A DNA stretch of 64,000 nucleotides from contig CAKSAY010000004.1 of NCBI GenBank assembly GCA_934438055.1, positions 3,351-67,350 on the forward strand, in the 5' to 3' direction. The stretch's first letter is position 1; every line of letters starts with the position of its first letter. Source of the stretch: an uncultured Oscillospiraceae bacterium (lineage in GTDB: Bacteria; Bacillota; Clostridia; Oscillospirales; Ruminococcaceae). Position numbers and translations under genes: made by a program. A model generated the notes under the pieces. The model made no database searches. It saw only the letters and a program-made list of their open reading frames with translations, and was not told where the DNA came from. Positions 1 through 9,551 of this stretch are shown piece by piece.

Positions 1-491
1 ATGTTTCATCATTATTTATTGCACATCGGACTATCCTCCAGTAAACTAGCAATATTAATCAGTCATCCAATCATTTTTTATTTCACAATGTGCAACTTAT
101 ATACACGCATCATTGGCCTTTAAGCGATTTTATCTATTTTAAAAACTATTTATTTAAGATAACCCCTGCAATAGATAAGCAAAAAAAGCATTTCGACATC
201 CAAATATAAATTATTTTATTTAGGTTGATAGAGAAAAGAACCCTAACACAAACCTCTCTTTATGAATGATGTAAAATCTGCCTCTGCACAAGAGGGAATA
301 AAAAACGATGATATTTCATTTTCTTCATTCTGCATCGGCATCAGTCCTTTCAAAAACAATTTTAGTTTAATTTAACCAATGGGTTATCTTGTAATCATAT
401 TATATCATAGTGATTTGTGTTTGTCAACACTTTTTTTAAAATTTTTCTTATTTTTTTATTACTATTGTAAAATCAATTTTAAATAAAGACA

Positions 492-520
492 TTGACTATC
501 TTTTCAATTTGTTGTAGAAT
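492..520 (+). promoter_or_regulatory. sigma-A type promoter candidate upstream of the DUF1292 gene
   Basis: TTGACT (492-497), 17-nt spacer, TAGAAT (515-520) in an AT-rich gene-free region. Confidence 0.4.
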
Positions 521-636
521 ACTTTTATAAGGAAACAAAAACAATTTTTCATTGCGTCTTCTATTCTCATGAAAGAATCTTTCATGGATGTTTTATTTAC
601 AATGATAATGGAATGATAATTATTAAGAAAAGAGTG

Positions 637-969
637 ATGATGGAAATGGAGCAGGATCAAAGCCCAATTTTTTATAACCTAATTGATGAAGATGGAAAAG
701 AAATGGAATTCGAGTTGTTAGATACACTCCAAGAGGACAACCAAACCTACTATGCCATGATTCCCCACTTTGAAAACTCAGATGAAAGTCTTGAATACGA
801 CGGCGATGTCATTATCTTAAAGTGTATCGAATTAGATGGAGAGGAAATGCTCGCTTCTATCGACAATGATGAAGAATATAATCGTATCGGAAATATCATG
901 CTCGAGAGAATCAACGAAATGTTCTCGTTTGAAGATGAGGAGGAAGACGAAATAGCAGATTATTCCTAA
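637..969 (+). CDS. DUF1292 family small acidic protein
   Basis: Track ORF 613-969. Acidic ~110-aa protein with the pattern IDEDGKEMEFELLD...YYAM...D typical of DUF1292. Start uncertain among the ATGs at 613, 637 and 646. Confidence 0.65.
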   Translation: MMEMEQDQSPIFYNLIDEDGKEMEFELLDTLQEDNQTYYAMIPHFENSDESLEYDGDVIILKCIELDGEEMLASIDNDEEYNRIGNIMLERINEMFSFEDEEEDEIADYS

Positions 970-1075
970 GGCTTGAATTTTTCTCATCTTTTTGATATAC
1001 TATAAACAAGACAACTGCCTTGAAACGTTAGCATGGATTTTATTAATCCAACACCTAATAATAGGGAATCCTACT

Positions 1076-1200
1076 CTCTTAGCCGATTGCAGACCTCCCG
1101 TTTTTGACGGACGAAGGGAGCGTGAATCTAAGAGGAAGATACCCACCTGCTGCAATAGCACGGGTTTTTAGCTCCATGCGACGGCAAGGTGGTTTTTTTA
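1076..1200 (+). promoter_or_regulatory. candidate structured leader/attenuator ending in a U-tract, upstream of tcdA
   Basis: Nested helices CTCTTAG(1076-1082)/CTAAGAG(1128-1134) and CTCCC(1095-1099)/GGGAG(1116-1120). These are followed by a 10-bp bulged stem, CCACCTGCTG(1143-1152)/CGGC-A-AGGTGG(1182-1192), and T7 (1193-1199). The track ORF start at 1104 runs through this structure. Confidence 0.3.
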
Positions 1201-1226
1201 TTTTTAAAACAAGGAGACTGGTAAAA

Positions 1227-1946
1227 TTGGACGCATATGCGGCTTGGTTGGACAGAACCTATCTTTTAGTCAAAGACAACCTTATACATCTGCAAAACAA
1301 AAAAGTAGCCATTGTGGGTTTAGGCGGTGTAGGCGGCTCTGCCGCAGAGGCAATTTGCCGAGCAGGGGTTGGTTCACTGCTTCTTGTTGATCACGACGTC
1401 ATCTCTGAATCCAACATAAACCGACAACTCTTCGCCACACAGGAAACAATAGGTCAAAGCAAGGCTCTCGCCGGAAAGAAACGGTTGCTATCCATCAATC
1501 CGCAGTGCACAATTGAGATTTGGGACGCTTTTTTGTGTGAAGAAAACAAAGAAATCTTTTTTTCCTATCATCCCGACTATGTCATCGACGCTATTGATAC
1601 ACTCTCCTCTAAAATCAGTTTAATCAAGAATTGCCATGAACAAGGGATTCCACTCATATCCTGTCTAGGAACCGGAAATCGCCTGAATCCCGCCGCCTTT
1701 TGTATTGGTACGTTAGAAGACACCATAGGCTGCGGTTGTCCGCTGGCAAGGGCGTTGCGCCGCGCTCTAAAAAAAGAGAGAATTTCAAATCATCCTGTGG
1801 TTTATTCAACCGAATCTCCTTTAAAGGCAACAGCTGGCACAGAAAATGGACGTCATCCTCCGGGAAGCATCTCCTTTTGCCCGCCGGTTGCCGGCTATCT
1901 GCTTGCATCTTATGTAATTAATGACATCCTTTCACATTGTTCTTAG
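1227..1946 (+). CDS. tcdA: tRNA threonylcarbamoyladenosine dehydratase (ThiF/MoeB-fold, TcdA/CsdL family)
   Basis: VAIVGLGGVGGSAAEAICRAGVGSLLLVDHDVISESNINRQ Rossmann/E1-like motif, plus YVIDAIDT and CLGTGN. Likely TTG start at 1227, 10 nt after AAGGAG (1211-1216). Confidence 0.8.
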   Translation: MDAYAAWLDRTYLLVKDNLIHLQNKKVAIVGLGGVGGSAAEAICRAGVGSLLLVDHDVISESNINRQLFATQETIGQSKALAGKKRLLSINPQCTIEIWDAFLCEENKEIFFSYHPDYVIDAIDTLSSKISLIKNCHEQGIPLISCLGTGNRLNPAAFCIGTLEDTIGCGCPLARALRRALKKERISNHPVVYSTESPLKATAGTENGRHPPGSISFCPPVAGYLLASYVINDILSHCS

Positions 1947-2006
1947 GATAAGATAGTCCTTGATGGATACAATACCATCAAGGACATATTTTTTTGAGGA
2001 GATAGT

Positions 2007-2363
2007 ATGATGAAAAGCAAAAAATACTTTGCTATAGCAGGGCTCATAGCAGGAGGACTCAACGGACTGTTTGGTGCGGGCGGCGGCGTAATAGTAGTTC
2101 CTCTACTTGAACACGCCGGCATAGAGGCTCGAAAATCCCACGCAACATCAATCGCCATTATTGCTTCGCTTTCGCTTGTCAGCTGCGCCTTTTATTTTCT
2201 AAAACAGAGCATTCCTTTTGGAGATGCATGGGGATATCTGCCTTTTGGTTTAATCGGATCCATTGTGGGAGCTATGTTGCTCAAAAAAATTCCTAACAGG
2301 CTTTTAAAAAGAATCTTCGGCGCCGTTATGATTATTTCTGCTGTGAGGTTGCTGTTAAAATGA
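2007..2363 (+). CDS. TauE/SafE (TSUP) family membrane protein, half-size subunit 1
   Basis: 118-aa polytopic protein with the G-rich GGLNGLFGAGGGVIVVP motif. GAGGAG RBS 5 nt upstream. Confidence 0.7.
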   Translation: MMKSKKYFAIAGLIAGGLNGLFGAGGGVIVVPLLEHAGIEARKSHATSIAIIASLSLVSCAFYFLKQSIPFGDAWGYLPFGLIGSIVGAMLLKKIPNRLLKRIFGAVMIISAVRLLLK

Positions 2364-2764
2364 ACATTATCACTGCTATCGTTGGATTTTTTTCGGGAGT
2401 AACCGCTTCATTAGGGCTAGGCGGCGGATTTGTGCTATTGCTTTATCTGACCGCCATACAAGGCATGGATCAACTGCAGGCGCAAGGCATTAATCTCCTC
2501 TTTTTTCTGCCCATAGCTGCTCTGTCTCTCATGATTCATATCAAAAACAAGCTAATTGACAAACAACCGCTTTTACCCTGCATCCTTTGCGGTGTAGTCG
2601 GTGTTCTCGCCGGAAGCAGCATAGCCTTTTGGATTCCAACCAATCTGCTCTCTAAAATTTTTGCTGTTTTCATCTTAATTATTGGATGTAAAGAGCTGTT
2701 TTTCCCAAAAAAGGACGACGCAAAATCTCCCCATTCCAAACGACAAAAATTAAATGATAAATAG
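2360..2764 (+). CDS. TauE/SafE (TSUP) family membrane protein, half-size subunit 2
   Basis: 134-aa polytopic protein with SLGLGGGFVLL. ATGA start/stop overlap with the upstream half. Confidence 0.7.
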   Translation: MNIITAIVGFFSGVTASLGLGGGFVLLLYLTAIQGMDQLQAQGINLLFFLPIAALSLMIHIKNKLIDKQPLLPCILCGVVGVLAGSSIAFWIPTNLLSKIFAVFILIIGCKELFFPKKDDAKSPHSKRQKLNDK

Positions 2765-2796
2765 CGCAGCAGATTGCCGCCAAACATAAATTTATC

Positions 2797-3243
2797 TTAC
2801 TTTTTATAATACATCTCAATATGCTCTATTCCATCACTTAAAAATTTATCTCCAATTGTTACGAACCCAAATGAAGAATAAAAATTTATAGGATAATATT
2901 GAGCCTCTATTCTAATTTCATACTCTTTTAAATAATTTTGAATAAAGTCAATTGCATCTTGAATAAGTTGTCTGGAAATTCCTTTGCCTCTATAATTTTC
3001 TTTTACCATAACTCTTCCAAAAGAAATTTCTTCAAAGCTTACATCTTTTTCTAATATTCTTAAATATGCAATAATCTCATCTTTTTTCTTTATCATTAAA
3101 TGATATGAATTTTTATCTCTATCATCAACATCTTGATATAGGCATTTCTGTTCTACTATAAAAATATCATTTCTCAATTTTAGTATTTCATATAATTCAT
3201 TTATTGTTAATTCATCAAATTTTTTTATTTCAGTTATCATCAT
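2797..3243 (-). CDS. GNAT family N-acetyltransferase (ElaA-like)
   Basis: 148 aa. RGKGISRQLI acetyl-CoA binding motif and ElaA-like N-terminus (ELYEILKLRNDIFIVEQ). Confidence 0.8.
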   Translation of the reverse strand: MMITEIKKFDELTINELYEILKLRNDIFIVEQKCLYQDVDDRDKNSYHLMIKKKDEIIAYLRILEKDVSFEEISFGRVMVKENYRGKGISRQLIQDAIDFIQNYLKEYEIRIEAQYYPINFYSSFGFVTIGDKFLSDGIEHIEMYYKK

Positions 3244-3304
3244 TCATCCCTTTTACAAATTGCATTTTAACGAAATTCTTCGTCACGGTAAATACACCTA
3301 TTAC

Positions 3305-3336
3305 AAAAAGAGCGTTGTTTCACAACGCTCTTTTTT
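3305..3336 (-). terminator. intrinsic terminator after glyQS (symmetric, possibly bidirectional)
   Basis: GAGCGTTGT / ACAACGCTC stem flanked by A-run and T-run. Confidence 0.7.
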
Positions 3337-3357
3337 CAAATCTATTTCTATTGCCGT

Positions 3358-4737
3358 CTAAAATTGCATTTTATCCTCAAGATAATCACAAAGGGTGTTG
3401 ATAGCAATTCGTTCTTGCTTCATACTATCTCGATCGCGGATGGTCACCTGACCATCCTCTAAAGAATCGAAGTCAAACGTTATGCAAAATGGCGTACCAA
3501 TCTCATCCTGTCTTCTATAACGCTTACCAATAGAGCCTGTATCGTCATAATCTACCATAAATTTCTTTGCCAGCATTTGATATACCTGTTCTGCCTGAGG
3601 CGCAAGCTTTTTGGACAAAGGCAGAATAGCCGCTTTAAAAGGGGCGAGCGCAGGATGCAAATGTAAAACCACACGAGTATCCTTTTCATCGAGTTTTTCC
3701 TCATCATAAGCGTCGCACAAAAAGGCAAGCGCAACTCTGTCTGCTCCTAAAGAGGGTTCAATGACATAAGGAAGATAGCGAGAATTGTCAGCCTGATCGA
3801 AATATTCTAATGATTTTCCACTCATCTCCTGATGCCGCTGCAAGTCAAAATCAGTACGATCTGCAATGCCCCAAAGCTCGCCCCAACCAAATGGAAACAA
3901 AAATTCGATATCAGTGGTGGCATTGGAATAGTGCGAGAGTTCCTCTTTCTCATGATCTCGAAAACGGACATTTTCACTACGCAATCCCAAAGAAAACAAA
4001 AACTTTTGACAATAATCTTTCCAATAAGAAAACCATTCCAAATCCGTTCCCGGCTTGCAAAAAAATTCCAACTCCATCTGATCAAATTCACGAATACGGA
4101 AAATGAAATTGCCGGGTGTGATCTCATTTCGAAAGGATTTGCCAATCTGACCAACGCCAAAAGGCAACTTTTTTCTCGTAGTTCTCTGCACATTGGCGAA
4201 GTTTACAAAAATCCCCTGTGCTGTTTCAGGACGAAGATAAATTTCATCCTTAGCATCTTCCGTCACACCCTGAAAGGTCTTAAACATCAAATTAAAAGAA
4301 CGAATCGGGGTGAAATTTCTGCCGCCGCAATGGGGACATTGAATTTCCTTTTCCTGCACAAACGCCATCAACTGCTCGTTGGTCCAACCAGTAGGATTCT
4401 CCCCCGTCTGATCCTCAATCAGCGCATCTGCACGGTGTCGGGTTTTGCAATCGCGACAATCCATCAATGGATCTGAAAATCCGCTCAAGTGACCCGACGC
4501 CTCCCACACTTTGGGATTCATAAGCAGCGCCGTGTCAAGTCCAACATTATATGGGTTTTCTTGAATAAATTTTTTCCACCACGCGCGTTTAACGTTGTTT
4601 TTAAATTCAACGCCTAACGGGCCATAATCCCATGTATTAGCCAAACCGCCATAAATTTCACTGCCGGCATACACATACCCCCTGCCTTTGCAAAGAGCAA
4701 CTATCTTTTCCATTGTTTTCTCGTGATTTGAAAGCAT
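3358..4737 (-). CDS. glyQS: glycine--tRNA ligase, homodimeric class II
   Basis: 459 aa. N-terminus [31 protein letters not shown] is characteristic of GlyQS. AGGAGG RBS 6 nt upstream of the ATG. Confidence 0.95.
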   Translation of the reverse strand: MLSNHEKTMEKIVALCKGRGYVYAGSEIYGGLANTWDYGPLGVEFKNNVKRAWWKKFIQENPYNVGLDTALLMNPKVWEASGHLSGFSDPLMDCRDCKTRHRADALIEDQTGENPTGWTNEQLMAFVQEKEIQCPHCGGRNFTPIRSFNLMFKTFQGVTEDAKDEIYLRPETAQGIFVNFANVQRTTRKKLPFGVGQIGKSFRNEITPGNFIFRIREFDQMELEFFCKPGTDLEWFSYWKDYCQKFLFSLGLRSENVRFRDHEKEELSHYSNATTDIEFLFPFGWGELWGIADRTDFDLQRHQEMSGKSLEYFDQADNSRYLPYVIEPSLGADRVALAFLCDAYDEEKLDEKDTRVVLHLHPALAPFKAAILPLSKKLAPQAEQVYQMLAKKFMVDYDDTGSIGKRYRRQDEIGTPFCITFDFDSLEDGQVTIRDRDSMKQERIAINTLCDYLEDKMQF

Positions 4738-4783
4738 CTAATTCCTCCTATATTCCTGTAAAAACATTCGCCTTTTTCAAATA

Positions 4784-4812
4784 GTTTATCGAATTTATAA
4801 AATAAAGTCAAG
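4784..4812 (-). promoter_or_regulatory. glyQS promoter candidate
   Basis: On the minus strand: TTGACT (4812-4807), 17-nt spacer, TAAACT (4789-4784). This leaves only a ~40-nt 5-prime UTR. Confidence 0.45.
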
Positions 4813-4829
4813 TTTATCTATGTTTTTCC

Positions 4830-4858
4830 TTGACAAAAAAATTTTTATCATGTAAAAT
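4830..4858 (+). promoter_or_regulatory. promoter of tRNA-Pro
   Basis: TTGACA (4830-4835), 17-nt spacer, TAAAAT (4853-4858), about 15 nt before the tRNA 5-prime end. Confidence 0.6.
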
Positions 4859-4873
4859 ATATACGTTACATTA

Positions 4874-4950
4874 CGAGGTGTGGCTCAGTTTGGTAGAGCG
4901 CTGCGTTCGGGACGCAGAGGCCGCAGGTTCAAGTCCTGTCACCTCGACCA
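4874..4950 (+). tRNA. tRNA-Pro (anticodon CGG), CCA encoded
   Basis: Hand-folded cloverleaf: acceptor CGAGGTG/CACCTCG, D-arm GCTC..GAGC, anticodon stem CTGCG/CGCAG with loop TTCGGGA (CGG, G37), T-arm GCAGG TTCAAGT CCTGT, then ACCA. Confidence 0.9.
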
Positions 4951-4971
4951 TATAAGTATTATAATTATTGA

Positions 4972-5010
4972 AAACAAGAAAGTTTGTTTTATCAGACTTT
5001 CTTGTTTTTT
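4972..5010 (+). terminator. intrinsic terminator after tRNA-Pro
   Basis: AACAAGAAAGT ... ACTTTCTTGTT hairpin followed by TTTTTT. Confidence 0.8.
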
Positions 5011-5407
5011 ATTTAAAGACTTTATCGTATATCTTTTCTTTCTATTTTCTAGAAGATAAGAGCTACTAAATTAAAAATATTTTTATTTGTCATATAACAA
5101 TGATATATTCGACAATCTAATTTTAAAATTGAGTCTTATCTCAAATACAGTTAATGAGAAATGGAATAGGAAGCCTCTTCTTCCCTTTCAAAATTTCTCA
5201 AAAATAATATTAAAATTGTTAAATAATCAGTATTGCCGGTAACTTTTTTCTCTTGTATGAACAACTTGTGCAATGCTTTCACATTTAATGCATATAATAC
5301 ACAAACTATTATCAAATTTTTATTCGATAATAAAAATATCCTATTAAATCGCCTCTATATTTTTAGAATCACCTAAAAAATGACAAAAAATTTTACCTAA
5401 AAATGTT

Positions 5408-7533
5408 ATGTAAAAAAGGAGTTGTTCAATCGGAAAAGTAAACTATATTATCGGATATTAGCAGCAACTTTAATCTTTGACGGCAGCAGCAATAACAGAA
5501 ACGGCTAATAATCTGAACACGGCGACGTTCGAGCACACAGATGAGCGATACGTCTCTAACGAGACAGCGTCTATTTCAGAGGCAAGCGATTCATCCACTT
5601 CTTCTCAAGAAATCGAGACCTCTGAAGAGGTGCAGAATGAATCAACTGACACAGCAAACCAAACATCTTCGGAAGGCAATACACCAAAGGCACAGGGATC
5701 AGAGTTTATCCCCTCTTCGACTAAAATAACAGCAATAGAGAGCATATCAATCAGCACGGCAACGGATTTGCAGCATATGAATAAAAACTTATTTAATATC
5801 TAAAAATTATTATTTGACGCAAGATATTAATTTGACAGAGGAGTTGCATTTACACCGATTGGAAACGAAGATGCTCCATTCAAAGAAACCTTTGACAGGC
5901 AAGGTTATAGGATAACCAACCTGAATATTAAATCCTATTTTAGCTATTGCTCTAGCTATCAAGGTTTGTTTGGCTATGTAAAAAATGGGACTATCAAGAA
6001 CGTTGGCGTGACCGGTTCCGTGAAAGGACCGGTATATGCCGGTGGAATTGTAGGTCATTTAGAAAATGGCACCATTGAAAACTGCTAAAATGAAGCGACT
6101 GTGCCGGGAGGCTATGCAGGCGGCGTGATAGGAGATATAAAAGAAAGCGTGAGCAATTGTTATTACAACATCAATTATGCAGAAAATGTTGAAGATACAA
6201 TTGGAAAAGGAACGGCGAGTAAAAATGTGTTTGGCTTGACAACGGAATAAACGACAGGGAGCAGCGCTCCGGACGATATGAGCTTTAACAGCAAAGCAGT
6301 CATATGGGCAACCTTGGAGAATGCTACAGAGCTAGATGAAAATGATTTATATGACGGTTATTGCCCACAGTTAAGTGTCTTTGTTACAGATTCCGCAAAT
6401 CCGAAGTCAAAAAAGATAGTATCGACTGCATTGACTGAAATCGTTGATCCTGCAAATGCTTCCGTTACGCTATCCAGCCATGATGGAAGAATCAAAGTCA
6501 CGCAAGATGACGATACGCATTATATAACTGGGGATTTTGTCTGTATTAACGGCACATATTCGGATTCTAATACAATTACAATAGATATTTCTTTATAAAA
6601 CAACGGTCAAATTATATTGAAAAATGTGAGGATTAGCGTATTTAAGAGTGGAATGAAGGTTTCTGAAGGAGCAAACGTTGAGCTTGTTCTATGTTCTAAA
6701 GGGTAACAACAATGTAATAAGCACGGATTGCAAAAAACACCGATTATCCGGCAATTAAGTTTCTGAGTGGCGTAACCGCAACCTTTTCTTTTCTGCTGAT
6801 GGAACCTTAAACGCTACCTCAAATAGCTATGGAACGGCCATTGGAACCAAAGGATATTATCGAGATGGATTGGATCATTCAGATAATAATCCAATCCAGT
6901 GGTGTTGTGAATATCAAAGGTTCAGCGCATGTTGTTGCAACCGGCAGGTACGGAACAGGAATCGGCGACGGTGCAATTAGTGGAAGCAGTTGTATACAAA
7001 AAGCGTTTGACAATGGTGGAGTATATATTTCAGAAAATGCAGTTGAAGAAGCAAGCTGCACAGACGGCTGTTCCGCCGAAATCGGCGGTGACGGATGCTA
7101 TACTTCCACCTGTGAAGCGATAGCCGGAGATGGAGGAATTATAGAATTATCCGGCAATACGCAAGTGACGGCAAGGTGTTCAGGATTCCTAGACGCCGGC
7201 ATTGGCGGTGGTGGTGCATACGCTAAGACATGTAATTCTTATGCTGGAGATGCAGAGTGTTTGGTGGGCAACGATAATGCAGTAGTAAACGCCTATGAAG
7301 CAGATTATGCTCCGGGAATTGGAGGCGGCGACGCGCAACAGAACACTTGTTGCGCAACCTACCACGGCTATGGCAGAAGCGTCATTTTTCAAGGAAGCAC
7401 TGTGGTTACAGCTGATGGTGGTAAAGATGCTACAGGCGTAGACTCCGGAAAACACACTGAAAGTTGGAACAATCACAAGGACCACTCCCCCATTATACAA
7501 AAAGAAAGCTCAGCAGTTTTAAATAACCTTTAA
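5408..7533 (+). pseudogene. decayed GLUG-motif / beta-helix repeat surface protein (adhesin-like)
   Basis: The reading frame is recoverable across the track ORFs 5477-5803, 6278-6598 and 6829-7533. It shows FTPIGNEDAPFKETFDRQGYRITNLNI, GLFGYVKNGTIKNVGV, GGIVGHLENGTIENC and repeated GIGGG-type turns. In-frame TAA codons lie at 5801, 5828, 6086, 6248 and 6596. There are several frame changes, for example around 5800-5850 and 6700-6830. The signal-peptide region at 5422-5480 is disrupted. Confidence 0.8.
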
Positions 7534-7542
7534 TAAAAAACA

Positions 7543-7583
7543 AAAATCCCGTCTCTGAGATGAACAGAGACGGGATTTTGTTG
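7543..7583 (+). terminator. intrinsic terminator
   Basis: AAAATCCCGTCTCTG / CAGAGACGGGATTTT 15-bp stem followed by a T-run. Confidence 0.85.
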
Positions 7584-7702
7584 TAGAGTCCCAGCCCAAC
7601 AATACTGATTAGGAAAGAATCGCTTGAACACACTTAAACGCCTTTGCTTTGGAATATTTAAATGAAATTTTCTATATAATAGTAAAAAGGCAGGTGATAA
7701 TA

Positions 7703-8167
7703 GTGATTAAACTCAAACCACTCATAGTAAGTATCCTGATTCCACTGGCAGTGGGCGGCCTAGCAGCGTTATTGACTATGGGACAAATGGACATCTATCA
7801 AACACTAACCAGACCTCCTCTTTCTCCTCCTTCCATCTTGTTTCCAATTGTTTGGGGCATTCTTTATCTTTTAATGGGCATTTCCTCCTATTTCATCTAC
7901 ATCTCTAATTCTCACATAAAGAAGTCTGCTTTAACGCTTTATGCGGTCCAGTTAGTAGTTAATTTTATCTGGCCAATCCTATTTTTTAATGTGCAAAATT
8001 ATCTTTTTTCCTTTATTTGGCTTGTTTTACTTTGGATATTAGTGCTCTTTATGGTTATTTTATTTTATAAAATTAAACCACTGGCCGGTGTGTTGCAGAT
8101 TCCCTATCTGGTTTGGATTACCTTTGCCGGATATTTAAACTTAGCGATATATTTGCTCAACAGATAG
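7703..8167 (+). CDS. tspO: TspO/MBR family tryptophan-rich sensory protein
   Basis: Five-TM protein with RPPLSPPSILFPIVWGILYLLMG and Trp-rich helices. Probable GTG start at 7703; the track ORF starts at 7649. Confidence 0.8.
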   Translation: MIKLKPLIVSILIPLAVGGLAALLTMGQMDIYQTLTRPPLSPPSILFPIVWGILYLLMGISSYFIYISNSHIKKSALTLYAVQLVVNFIWPILFFNVQNYLFSFIWLVLLWILVLFMVILFYKIKPLAGVLQIPYLVWITFAGYLNLAIYLLNR

Positions 8168-8207
8168 GAAGAATAGATACTATCAAAAGAAAAGGAATAG
8201 TATATTT

Positions 8208-9209
8208 ATGGAATTTAAACCGCAAAGCATTTATTATGAACCAAAGGCTCTTCTCTACCAAAGTGCAGTGTTTCTTCGTGAAAAATATCATGATGTTCCC
8301 TGGATACCCATTGAAAATCATAACAATATTCCGCACTTTCGAGAGCAATCCAATAAAGAATTCCCAAAAATGAAAAAAAATCTAATTGTCGGCATCAGAA
8401 AGACACATAGATACACAGAAAATCACAAAACATCCGACTACCTAGTTCCCTACACTTCCTCAGGCTGCACCGCATCCTGTTTATATTGTTATTTAGTATG
8501 CAATTACAATAAATGTTCCTATCTGCGCCTATTTGTAAATCGTGAACAAATGCTCGAAAAGCTCATCGCCTTTTCTAAAAAACAAGAACATGATTTAACT
8601 TATGAAATTGGAAGCAATAGCGATTTAGTCTTAGAAAACACAATCACCCAAAATCTCACATGGACGATAGAAAATTTTGCAAAAGAAGGCAAAGGTTTTT
8701 TAACCTTTCCAACAAAATTTGACATGGTTTCTCCCATCCTAAATGCAAATCATCAAGGAAAAACAATTGTCAGAATGAGCGTTAACCCACAGGAAATCAT
8801 TCAAAAAGTGGAATTTGGCACAGCGTCTTTAAGCCGGAGAATTCAAGCCATTCATCTATTAAAAGAAGCCGGCTATAACGTGGGAATTCTCATAGCCCCT
8901 GTAATTTTAATAGACAATTGGAAAGAACTATATTCAAATCTCCTCATAGAACTAGCCAATCAATTGACAGAACGGGAGAAAAACGAACTTTGGATTGAAA
9001 TCATCTTCATGACCTATAGCTATATACACCGTATGATCAATCAAGAGGCCTTCCCAAACGCAATCAATCTTTATGATAAAGACAAAATGATCGGCAGAGG
9101 AAGAGGAAAATACAGCTATAGCCCATCTGCACGAAAAGAAGCAGAAACTCTCTTTAAAGAGATGATTCCAAAGTTATTTAAAAGCGCTACAATTAAATAT
9201 ATTGTGTAG
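8208..9209 (+). CDS. splB: spore photoproduct lyase (radical SAM)
   Basis: 333 aa. It runs collinear with my recollection of B. subtilis SplB: an IYYEP N-terminus, GIRKT, a CxxxCxxC cluster (CTASCLYCYL), VRMSVNP, and an IKYIV C-terminus. Confidence 0.9.
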   Translation: MEFKPQSIYYEPKALLYQSAVFLREKYHDVPWIPIENHNNIPHFREQSNKEFPKMKKNLIVGIRKTHRYTENHKTSDYLVPYTSSGCTASCLYCYLVCNYNKCSYLRLFVNREQMLEKLIAFSKKQEHDLTYEIGSNSDLVLENTITQNLTWTIENFAKEGKGFLTFPTKFDMVSPILNANHQGKTIVRMSVNPQEIIQKVEFGTASLSRRIQAIHLLKEAGYNVGILIAPVILIDNWKELYSNLLIELANQLTEREKNELWIEIIFMTYSYIHRMINQEAFPNAINLYDKDKMIGRGRGKYSYSPSARKEAETLFKEMIPKLFKSATIKYIV

Positions 9210-9264
9210 AAACAAACAGATGAGCAAACAACGAGATGCTTGAAAACACTTTTATTTTAAAAAA

Positions 9265-9292
9265 ATCTATGTAGGTAATTACCTACATAGAT
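9265..9292. terminator. bidirectional terminator (perfect palindrome) between splB and the convergent small ORF
   Basis: ATCTATGTAGGTAATTACCTACATAGAT perfect palindrome flanked by an A-run and T/C-rich sequence. Confidence 0.7.
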
Positions 9293-9297
9293 CTCTC

Positions 9298-9546
9298 TTA
9301 AGAAATTGATTCGGATAAATTATGGTCTTTGAGCCATTCCCTAGAACGAATACGCAATTCTTCAGGAGCGCTCGGAATGTGCAATATGCTTTTATAAACG
9401 CCACCCCAAAAAGATATTGCATCAGAAGCTAATTCAATACCATATTGTGTGCAAAAAATTCTAATCTTTTTTTCATTCAACGAAAACAAAGCCTTATTTC
9501 TGTCCCGCACAAAACTCTCTAAAATCGTTCCATATTCAAAGTCCAT
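9298..9546 (-). CDS. hypothetical protein (82 aa)
   Basis: Track ORF lying 5 nt downstream of the lipoprotein gene on the same strand. No recognisable motif. Confidence 0.5.
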   Translation of the reverse strand: MDFEYGTILESFVRDRNKALFSLNEKKIRIFCTQYGIELASDAISFWGGVYKSILHIPSAPEELRIRSREWLKDHNLSESIS

Positions 9547-9551
9547 ATCTC

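Noticed and set aside
1060-1130. Guanidine-I (ykkC) riboswitch assignment for the tcdA leader, based on TAGGGAATCC and ACGGACGAAGGGAG resembling ykkC core strings
   Set aside because: The resemblance is limited to short strings. The rest of the consensus (GGUCCGAGAG, ACACGG) is absent, and the downstream gene is not a guanidine-related transporter or carboxylase. It is kept only as an unclassified structured leader.
1104-1226. N-terminal extension of tcdA from the track start at 1104, and similar 5-prime extended track starts at 7649, 9552-10217, 10294, 12924, 41763 and 47599
   Set aside because: The extensions run through a predicted hairpin or terminator or lack an RBS. Internal starts with canonical RBSs match family N-termini.
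3832-4476. Long antisense or alternative-frame track ORFs inside well-supported genes. Examples: 3832-4476 in glyQS, 11037-11447, 12370-12762, 40670-41113 in rnj, 47955-48425 in ftsH, 58226-58750 in cca, 60595-61419 in the permease.
   Set aside because: They lie entirely within genes that have strong family motifs, lack RBSs, and have low-complexity or biased composition typical of shadow ORFs.
5801-6598. In-frame TAA codons at conserved Tyr/Gln positions in the GLUG gene (and TAG/TGA codons in glpF) might indicate stop-codon reassignment or programmed readthrough.
   Set aside because: The same genes also contain multiple frameshifts. Nearly every housekeeping gene in the window terminates normally at TAA, TAG or TGA with intact length. 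Ordinary pseudogene decay explains the pattern.
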